DNA of 64,000 bases, from NCBI GenBank assembly GCA_036172245.1, contig JAYWIR010000005.1, positions 2,976,001-3,040,000 on the forward strand, read 5' to 3'. Source of the stretch: Raillietiella orientalis. Lineage: Eukaryota. Position 1 is the first letter of the stretch. Each line of letters starts with the position of its first letter. A model generated the notes under the pieces. The model saw nothing but the letters and a program-made list of their open reading frames with translations, had not been told where the DNA came from and made no database searches. Shown here piece after piece: positions 1 through 10,900 of this stretch. The translations under genes were made by a program, and so were the position numbers.

Positions 1-1501
1 ACCCACAGCTAACCAGAATGCAGGGAATCTTATAGGTGGTAGCTGCTCCTGGTTAAAACACAGGCGTTGAAACAAGAAAGTACCGTGTAGAAAGCCCTAT
101 AAATACTGTTTTTAGCAACGTTTTCCTCGGAAAACATCCGAACATCCTGAGAGCGAACAAGACGACGTGCTTTAGGATCACACTCTTTGCAAGCCACCCT
201 TTACATCCCTTAGACCTTGAAAGTGAACTAGAGGTTGGAACACATTTGACAAGTGTCCATGTTCACAGGCAAGCGGTTCTTTAGATAATGGTGTCGTTCC
301 AGGAGCACAATCATAAAAAAAAATACGTCAAAAGTATTTATCACTTTAAGAGATCTTTTTAAATCAATTTACAAGAGTAAATGTATCCAAAGTTAATTTT
401 TAAAAAGAACCTGAAAAAAGAATTTAGATGAAACAAAAGGAGCAGACAAATTAGAGACACCGTTGCTTATTTGACAGAGGAAAACAACCAAGAAACCCTA
501 ATTAAGGTAATCCAATCTCAATTCGAGAGAAATCCCAGAAATGATCCATGATGCTGCTTATATTTCGCTGCTGATGCTAAGGAGCATCTGATATCTTTTC
601 GCCATTTCCACATGACCACAGGGTATGAATTTTCCAAGGAACGGCGTCACATCATTGAATCGAGCATTCGAGTGGTATTAGTGAATTCCGAGGTTAGTTT
701 TCAAATGACAAGTAGAAGGATCGTCTGAGCTGGAAGGGATTCTGAGGAGACCTGCAAGTCTAACCTCTTGCTGAGGTTTCTAATCTCCTTCTTATTCCTT
801 ATTGAAATGTTGGAGTGCTCTCGACATCTACACCTCCGCTTTGGGAACCGCAGATCACTACGGCCTCACTGCAAAAGCCTTGGTTGCTGTTTAGGAATTC
901 TACGATCAGGTCCACCAGGATCTTAATTTAAGATCTAATAAATTTTCCTGTCTGTGTTTGATGTAGTGGATAAAAAAAGCTCTATAAGGATAGCTAGATA
1001 AGGAGGCTTCTGGATTTGCTTTCTGCATAATCAAGCCCGTGAACGCGACTGGCATCCCTCGTATCCGAGCCATCGTTTCCTTCCTCTTCCTCTTCGGATT
1101 TTCCTTTTGGGTTCCGGTCTTACGTTGCTCAATTCTTCCATTACTTCCTTTTTAAAGCATTTTCTGAGTTGGATGCCCGGCAAATGCCGTTGCCATTAGT
1201 AAAAGAAGCATCATCATGATCGTTATTTTTAAAGCATCGGCTGCTTTCGTCACGCACTATGCTATTGTTGGATTTATGCAACAATGCCTTTTTATAGAAG
1301 AGGCATTGTTGCACACCGCAAGCCTCCAGCGTGCTCATCCGGAAGATTCACATCACTTCTTGAAAATCATGCCCAAGATCGACATTCTGATATTTGAGTG
1401 ATTCCGTCAAAGCACAGGATCTCTGTCGTAGCCAAGTACTAGGATGAGCGCCATGATGTGCAAAGAGGAGCGGAATTCGTCAACCCCCGTGGGAGACTTA
1501 C

Positions 1502-1920
1502 CCTCTCTGGTGGCTTTCCATTCTCGGTTTGCTGGGCATGCTGCCTCTGAGAAGCAGTTCGGTGAATTTCCATGCTCCCGTTTACCAAATCCCTAGTGAT
1601 GTGACTTGTCTCCTGAAAGGTGGTTTTGTGCAGAGTAACTGACGAAGAAGTATCCACTCTGCGTTCTGGCATGCTCCTCTCTGTCCAGACGATGGGAGCA
1701 TCGCACCTGTGTTGGCATGATCGCAGCAGAGATACTCACGACAAGATATCAGTGCAGAGGACACAGCCCTGCCCACTTCGTTCTCAGCTATTGCAGATAT
1801 GCGACCTCCGTGCTGTTGCCGGACATTCGGAATGTAGAGCGAATAGTTTGGTGGGATGGCAGAAATTTGTATATCCCTGTCGCTTCCGTAAACAGCAATA
1901 TCGTTTAGTGTCCAGATGAC
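1502..1920 (-). CDS. Exons 30-31, second half of Ig 6 and Ser/Thr-rich linker
   Basis: Exons 1740-1920 (VIWTLND...GGRISAIAENEVGRA) and 1502-1680 (QRSMPERR...GKPPER), ending in a strong AGG|gtaagt donor. Confidence 0.75.
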
Positions 1921-4900
1921 CTAGGATGGGGAAAGAGCAAAGAAAAGCGATTAGGGGAGTACTCTCTTTCGTGGGAGCACGAAAGGCACACAGAGTGCCA
2001 GCATCTCTGCGAATCGGTGCTCCAGTACATGCGTAACAGACCGAGAAAACCGGTGGGGACAGCCTGGAAATGGAAAGAACGTTCTGCTGCGCTTTTCTAT
2101 TAGGGAGGATGTCAAGTCCTTTAGTCATAGGAACTTTGCTTTGGAAGAAGAGTTCACACGTGCGGTGATGGTACAATCGCATCGCTGAGCATGCGCAGAT
2201 GGACAGTGACTACGCTCTGATTACGCAAAGAGAACTCTTTCGGCTGTTTTCCAGGGTCTGCTTACAGACAGTTTGGGATCTGAAACACGTGGCAGCCATG
2301 GAAGAGGATCAGCCCCAGTGCTCCGGGAGAGTTGGGAACACAAAGAAAGATACGGATTGTTGACTGCAAGCTGATTGAAATAGCCACATGGGAGCGCATT
2401 TCGAATTCTCAAGGACAAACATCCATTTTCGGAGTCATCTGCATGTAAATGGGATGGAGATGGGAAGGTCTTGGGCTTTGCTATGGGTATGATGCAGTTC
2501 TCTGGATTCTGCACCCGCAACGTTGGTAAGGAGGATGGAGCAGCAGGCATTTCGAGTCACTCTTCTGTGGCAGAGAGAGATTTCGTAGATCGAGATGAAG
2601 GAAGGCGGAGTGACGCTTCAAGATTTCTGGAGTTCGCTCGGAGATCTGGGAAAACCAACTCGACTCGAGGGGCAAAAATTCTTTCCCACGGGGTTCCGCC
2701 CTCATCTTGCGGAATCAAACAGAAACACCAAGGGTGCGACCCGGGGCCGTACGTTGATGAGCGGAAAGCTCTCTCGGAGCTCCTCCCTTGGTATCCGCCG
2801 TCTCCGAAAAGCATGTCATTTCGAATCGCGGGGCGAAAGGTTCCAATCTCGAGCAAGAAGCGGTGACCCTGCTACGGATGCTGTAGGCGAACCTGGACCT
2901 CTGTCTGGATCCATTGTCTATGAGCAGCCTCCCTCCAGAACGTGCACTCGAGCAGAAGACGCACGCAGAGCCGGCGCGTCCTGTTCGATAGGAACAGGGA
3001 TCCGCGGAGAAAGTAAGCGTGGATGCGATGGACCCTTCGCGAGCGTCACTCAGTCGAAGTGCTAGATGAAACGGAAGGAATGGATATACGATCAACCTTC
3101 AAGAGCGTGTCGGAGTGGTCGTGCTGTTCGGATCCGCGGAGAAACCTTTGAAACCGAAGGCACGAACTCCCGAAATGAAGAAACGCCTGAGAGGAAGCAG
3201 TCCGAAGAACGGATGGAATTGTTTCAACACGCGGGAGGGGTGACCGATCTTAGGCAAAGAAGCTTCTCGCCGGGATTTACCGTTGGTTCTGGGGCTCCGC
3301 TGACGGAACATTGCAAATGCACGGGTTCGTTTTCGTGCACGACTACGTCCTTAAGCAGTCGTGAAAACCTGGGCGGCTGGCGTCTTATGTCCGACTCGCT
3401 CTCCTTGTGGGACACGGCTCGAAGGAGGCAGGAACATTTGGCATCCCCTGCGGGGTTCCTGGCCAGAACCGTGTACTTTCCTACGTCTTCACTCTGTACG
3501 TTCCTTATCACAAGTGTTAGCAGTCCTGATGGATCCTTATGAATCTGGGGAGAGAGAAAATATTGCTACTATTTTTTTTTTCTTAAAAACAAAGACGTAA
3601 GCAATCCGCAAAATATCATCCATGATACGTTCTGGCTGCCCTGCGCTCCAGGAAAATATCCCAGTAAATGAAGACGGGATTTATAATGAGAGGTACAGGC
3701 ATAGTGCTTGAAATGCTCGTTGATGTTGTGTTTATCCGAAGGAAGACATTCTCGCTTCCAGTACCAGCTGAATGGAACGATGCATTTTTCATTCTTAGCT
3801 GCCTGCTGAATGGACGTGAAGTGTTTTGGAAGGAACTTGAGGAGGCACACCGTAGGCGAGACCACAATTAAAGTGCATTCTTGATCTCACTCGAAGTGGT
3901 AGCGAATGACGAGGACGGACTCCACTGTGTCCAAATAATTTCGAGTGATCCAAACGAACTGCTCTTCCACTCCGTTCCATGACGTACACCGGCACGCCGT
4001 ACCACTCCCCCGGTTCCATTTTCACGTTATAGCCAGGGAGGAATGCTTATTTATTTTAATAACCATGTCCAGAGGAGGTTCGAGGACTCGTCAGCTTTCG
4101 AATTCATAAATTCCTTCATCAGATGCTTTTGCCGCAAACGCGTCACTCCGCCAGCATCCCGGATTCGTATTCACTTCTTCCGTCGTCGAATAGGGGATCA
4201 ATATCTCCTATTTGGCATTACGGCAGCATTTGTAATTAGATAATTCCTTTTTCCAAATATTCTGCACCACTCTGTTCGGTTCGGTTTCCTAGACAACAGT
4301 TATCCCATGGAACAATCCAGTGCATTCATAGAAGGGAAGACTCGTGGTAGGGTTCTTATCCGTACAGTACAGCAAATTCAGTGAGCATTCATTTCCTCAT
4401 CCTCTCAACGTGGTGCAGAGTTCACAAATCGATGACCTCCGGAGATGATTTTGCAGGCGAGAAGAAAATCAAACAGCAGAGAGCATTAAGCCTGAATTTT
4501 TGCTGTTGGTATTTTTTTTGGCATTCTTTTATGATGTTTTTTTTTTTTTTTTTTTTGCACGAAAACACGCAACTGCCCTTACACGCAACCGTCGATGTTT
4601 GCATAAACATGGGACCACAGCAAGACTTTCAGGTTAGGTACATCCGTCTCCACTGATGCTGCAGTGGCCACGTCGTGCGCTATACATGCAATTCATAGAT
4701 CTGTTTATCCAGTTCGTGGCAGAACCATTTGTGCGGAGCGGCATCGGCTTGGGGTCCAATAGCAATATCGGTCGAAGGACAGTTCGGAGAGTTGCTGAGA
4801 GCGCAATAACCCGCCCTGTCAACGACTCGACCGGATGAGCATTTTCGATGGGTGTTGAATTGCACGCAAAATTCAGAAATTTCGGACAGGATTTGGCATA

Positions 4901-7900
4901 TGAAGAGATCTTTCTCTCGTCAAGTGCAGAGTCATTTTCGAAATGAGAATGCTTTGGAACTCCCAATCAGTGATCCCACGTGGACAGTTCCAAGAGAAAG
5001 GCATGAGAAGAAAGATCGTATTCCAACATCAGACTCCTTCCTCAAGATGGATGTGTGTGGCAGAAAGAGCCATGAAAGGGTAAAACCAGAACGTTCGCCT
5101 TTTGCTGATCTTTTGGTATCCATTGGATGAGGCGACGTGGAGTCCAAGGACTTACTCCAGATTTTAGTTGCACCTATAGCAAGTGATACGATCCATCCAC
5201 GTGGATTATTACATCTACGGGGTGGGATCTGCAGATTTCTGAATTCAGTTTGTGTTCGTTCATTTACGATTTGGGGAGGAAGTGTGAGCAGACATCCATG
5301 GTAATCGAAACGAGTCCTTGAAATTACCTTATGGCGACTGGAACACTCCAGCTTAACATCGTTCCTAAACCATTCGTCAACCGGCGTAGGAACCCCTGCT
5401 ACTTGGCACCGTATTACCGCAGAATCGCCTTCGAGAACAGTGACATCTTCAGGGAGATTCGTGAACTTAGGCGGTGCAGTTTTCTGATCCAGTTCTTCGT
5501 GTGCGAGAAACCCTTGCAGAGATCATGATTCCCAATTCCCAACCTACGCTGTACAGTCACGAAGCAGCCGCTACGTGCCTCTCCCGCAGAGTTGAGAGCC
5601 ACGACTTCGTAGAATCCAGCGTCCTCCACAGTCCCCTCGTCTATAACAAGTGAGCATCTATCACCTTGGAAAAGCAACCGCATGTTCGGCGACTCTTGCA
5701 CCGGCTTTCCCTCGTGGTACCAAATCACCTTAATGGGATGTTGTTTCAGTAGAAACCACATGATCCTACCTCTGGCTCCGGCTGTCCGATGATGACACAA
5801 TCAAGTTGTATCCTTTTGCCTTCTTCAGCATGTACATCGTGAAGATTTACCTGCACACGAGGTCTTATCGGTTCCAGATCGCTTACAACCTCAGAATCAG
5901 AGGATTCCACAGGCAAACGACCCTGAAAAACGAGACACGAGATTTTTTTTTTCTTTTCTATCCACCAACAAAATCAATGCCACAAATACATCGACCATCT
6001 CGTACGTTGCATACGCATCCACAGCAGTGTTCTAAACACAAGTACGTGTTGTCACTTGCTCATTCGGCACAAAAGCTGCCTGATGCAGAGACTCATCATG
6101 TGTGGTTTTAATGACGATCCCTTTTTTATCCTACTTTGACACGCATAAAGGGCTAAGCAGGAAGTGCTCCGTGGCTAAGCAAACTAGAAGTGCCAGAACA
6201 CATCTCATTCATTTATCATTTCTTGCTTCTGTTGATTGGTGGTCATTATGCTTCCATTCAGTGAGCTCTCCGGGGAAGAAAAGAAAAAATCGCAACGAAT
6301 ATTCCCTCTTCATCGCAAGTTTGAATTTTGGGAGAATTCTTTCCGTTGGCTGCCATATTCCAGAGAATCGCGATAATGTAAAAGCGTGAGAAATGCAGTG
6401 CAAAAGATGCAAGGACTCGGTTGAGCGGGCTAGAAGAAGCGCTCGTATTTTCAATGTCCTCCCAATTCCTCAAGTGGCTGGCTGGATTCTAAGAGCCGAT
6501 CATAATGACATCGTCCGTGGGAGCGGTAGGCTCCACTGAAAAGCATCCATACCGTTTGCGTAATGCCCCGACAAGGGTGGTTGGTGTCCTCACAAGCAAA
6601 AAGCAATTAACGTTCAGTCTGCATTTGACGGAATTGTACTGCACGCCACGTTTCTTGAAGAGGGAGGTTTTGTATTGAAAAAAAAAAAAAAAAAAAGGAA
6701 CCGAAAAGCGGATAACCTCGGTGCAGCTAAGAGATTTACGTGCGAGAGCAGCGTGAAAGCAAACCATCATTTTTTTGATGACTGCAACAAGCATGGATCA
6801 ATCGCTGACATGATCTTTCATGGATCTTCCACAGCATTGCATCTTTTTCCATCCGCTTCTTTCGGATCTTTTCCTCTTTTTTTTTTTTTTTTCTGAGAGA
6901 AATTCTCCATAATCCCCGCGCATCTTCCTCGTCGCAGGCTAGCAGCCTTGCCCAAATATGGCTGTGGGGCTACAGCTGTTCAGGTGCTCTCTGAGAGAAG
7001 CTTTGCTTTTCTCCTCTTTTCAGAACTCTCGCTGATAACACCAGTAGGCAAAATCCGTGCCTTTTCTTAACAGTGTTCGGAGAAATACACGTATTCTCTT
7101 TTCGACACCGTTCCTCCATAACGTTGGTCTCCCACTACTGAGATATATTACCCATCATTTTCTAAAGCTTTACTTATCGTGATGATATGCAACGCCGCAT
7201 GGTGGAACACTTTCGAAGGCAGATTTTGACATTTCCTCAAATGCCACTCTGGTTTCTACCACCATCAATAATTACTGACTGTGGCATAATTATTCTTACT
7301 CTACTACATATCGTTTTTCAGGCTTGTGTAAGAATGCTGCATAAAAGTGATGGGATATTGCGAACGTCCATGTAGACTATTCCGGAAATGAACAACCCAT
7401 ACAGGGCGGTCACGTGAGGTTTTGCGCTAATAAGTAAAGGCTTAAGGAAATTATCGTGGAAACTCATTTTCAAAATGACTTTTAGCTATGGACAAATAGC
7501 GGGCGCCCATTACAGTGATTCAGTGTCGTTGTGTGTGAATCCAGTGACACTTTCCATGGTTTTCGGCTGCACGTTTACGAATAATGGACACGAGCTTTCA
7601 CAAAGACAGGATGCTAAACTTGACACAGGATCAAAGGAATCAAAGGCAGGGTCAAAAAGTGGCATAAATCGAAAGGAAAAGGCAGGTTCTGAGGTAAAGA
7701 CGACTAAGACATGAAACCATCCTGTGAAGAATGTCGCAGAACGACATAAGAGAAACACGAAAGCCTGCGGCGATTGGTTTGTTGATGCTGTTTGACCTTT
7801 TGGTTTCCACGGCCGTCTTTCATCCTAAACACATTCTTTGCTTTCCAAAAAGGTCACCTATCCTCAACTTGCTGTTGGTACGAAGGCTCCACAGAGTTGT

Positions 7901-10900
7901 ACGAACCGGAAACTTTCAAAATCAGTGATGGTCACTGAACAAACAAAATGCAAAATTTCAAATAACTTTGGAGTTTTTTGTCGCATTCTAAAGATCAAGT
8001 CAGATTCTATGGTATATATTCACGATTACTATTGCATGGTGTAAGACGAAAAGGACCATCGCTTTTTGCCAATGAAGAGTAGAATATTCCTTACTTCCAT
8101 TGATTGGATTTCATCACACACGTAATTAAAGGACGAGAATGAAGCGGAATGAATCCCTCTACAGATTCTTACCGGAGATGCATAGTGCCAGCAACCACGG
8201 AAATCAGTGGCACTTGAAAGCACTTGTCTTTTTTGCCAGGTACACCCAACTGATGCATTCCATCAGTGTTTGTGAGACGATTCTCCACTCAGCTATCCCA
8301 GTTGACTGTTTACATTTTAATCCGGGAAGATTGTAAAAAAAGAAAAAAAGGCTCATGATTTACCCGGGCAGCAGAGGTGATTCCAAAAAAGAAATCAGTT
8401 CTTTTGGCAAAGAGTATTTCATGTAAGGAAAATGAATCGTAAGAAGCATCACTTAAACGCTTATAGTTGATGAAAATCCTAAAATGTTAAGAACTCGAAA
8501 CATAGCTGCATTATGGCTTTAGTCCTCGACAAGTGTGACACCTCTGATCCACAGCTTCTTGTTCCGTATGATGTAATGGATGACATAAGTCAAAGGAAGG
8601 ATAGGAACTTCACAGGGTTGGGCATGACTTTTGCGTATTACTGCGCAGGGTTTCGTAGAAGGCAACCCCAACTTCCGGTAAGATCAAATCGAAAATGAAT
8701 CGGAATGAATTCCAAGTTTATTTTTTCCAAATAAACTTGGAATTGGGACCGTGAATCCATGTGCGACTTGTGCGGAATCGACTGGTGAAAACTGATCCTT
8801 ACCTTTACACATACGTTAGAAGAGCAGTATACTTCCCCGGCGCTGTTCTTAGCTACGACGGTGTATGTACCTGCATACTTTGCAAATGCTTCTAGTACAC
8901 TCAAAGTAGCTTTCTTTCCGTCAAACTGCGTCTGCAGCAATGAATGTCAGGAAAGTCCAGCAAAGACCGATAACATACCTTCAAATCCCTTCCTTCTTTT
9001 AGGGGCTTTCCATTGTGAAGCCAAAATATTTCTGGAGTTGGATTGCCATCTACAATGCACTCCAAACGAAACTTCTGTCCGGATCTGGCCATCACATTGC
9101 ATAAGGGCTGAACAAAAGAAGGCAGCACAAATGGAGTCTTCGCTGTTCCACATTGGAAAGTTTCTTAACAGTATCGTAGTATTTCAACTTACGCAAGACA
9201 ACAACATTAGAGGAACTCTGTGCAACGCCCATCATGTTGCACGCCTTTGCCACATAGTAGCCTTGATCTTCTAGGGATATTCTGTCGAATTTCAGGGAAC
9301 AGAGACCATTATTGTACATTATATTGAAGTAGGGCAGGTGATCAATGCATTTAGCATTTTTGAACCACTGCACCACGGGCAGAGGGTTCCCGCTAACCAA
9401 CCCATTTATCTGACACTCCTCTCCTTCCGTGACACAGATGGACTGGAGAGATTTAACGAATTCCGGAGCGACCATTTCCTCGTGAGGATGAGTTTCTATG
9501 TAGAAGAATCAGGAACCCAAATATGAAATGAAAGCAATGCCGACCTTTCACTTGTAAAACAGAGTTCGTCTCTGCAACTCCGGCTATATTGGTAGCTCTG
9601 CAAGTGAACATCCCGGAGTCATCAGGAAATGTCTCCTCGATGGTGAGCTGGCATAAACCATCTTGAAAGGATCGGAGGTAATCGGTATTGTTTTGGATGA
9701 GGACACCATCTTTCCACCATGTTATGGCAGGAAGGGGATCTCCTGATACCCTGGACGAAAAGGGACATAAGAGGGATGCACAACAGATCTGTTAAAAGGA
9801 ATCTTATGGGAGAGAATCAGAGAAAAGAAGCTGCAGCCGTGAAACTGAAGGGATGCTCAGAATCATTGCAATGATCTCACCGGCACTGAAGAGTAATCTT
9901 CATCCCCTCGTCAACATTGGAATCGTGAAGAGGTTGGATGAATTTCGGTGCCTGCAACTTATTTCTCTCCTCATAGGTTTCGTAAATGGAGTCGACCTTC
10001 TCAAGAATTTTCGTTTCTTCAACTCGTAATAATTTCAAGTCATCTTCTGCATTTCTTTCTGAGGTGCCCGAGGGGAAGATCGCTGCCTGAACACCAATTT
10101 CCGATTCAGGCTGCTGAACCGATGCAGCTGCATCGTGCATCAGAGGCTTTTGGGTCTGCGTGAACGCTTCGGAATCTCTTTCCTTGGCTAATACGTCCGT
10201 TTCTCTGGAGTCCGGCTTGACCGTTTGAGTGGAGACTTCTTCTTCTTGGAGATGAGTACTCATCCCAGTTTCGTAAGTTCTGGGGCGGAGTGTTTGTGTG
10301 TGGGCCTCGCTCTCAGAGAAGCAGGTGGATACTTCCATCTCTTGGTGCAGGGGACGCGCGGTTTGCGTGACGGCTTCCTGTTCTTTCACTGCCACAGTCA
10401 CCTCGTTTTCTCTCGTTTGAGGCTTCCAAGTTTCCGTGGAAACAGTGACTTGCCTCAGTAGACTGGAAGTTTGGGTTTGCATGTGTTCGGAGGCCGCTTC
10501 TTGTAAGGTCTGGGAACAGATATCGCTGGTAGAGGTCGCGGCGTACGCGTGGACATCGATCAGTTTCGGTCTGATCGTTTGCGTCTGCACTTCGCATTCG
10601 TTCGCGACCGTGCTCGTCTCTTCCTCTTGAGAGATGGGTCTCGATGTCTGCGTGTGAACGTCCACCTCAAGGCTTCCTGCCAGCATCTCCTGTTCTTGAA
10701 CTTCCGGTTTCGCTGTCTGGCTGGAAGATTCTGATTCCATCGTCTTCGCCGTGACCTCACGCTCGAGCTGTATGGGGATCAGCGTTTGCACGAAAGCCTC
10801 GGAGGACTGAGACTGCGCTGCCACTTCCCTGTCCTGGAGAACAGGCTTGGATGTCTGAACGGAGATGCTGTGCTCGTCGACGAACGCAGTTCCGATGGAA

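Noticed and set aside
7399..7420. tacagggcggtcacg resembling a Tc1/mariner terminal repeat
   Set aside because: No matching inverted end or transposase remnant seen.
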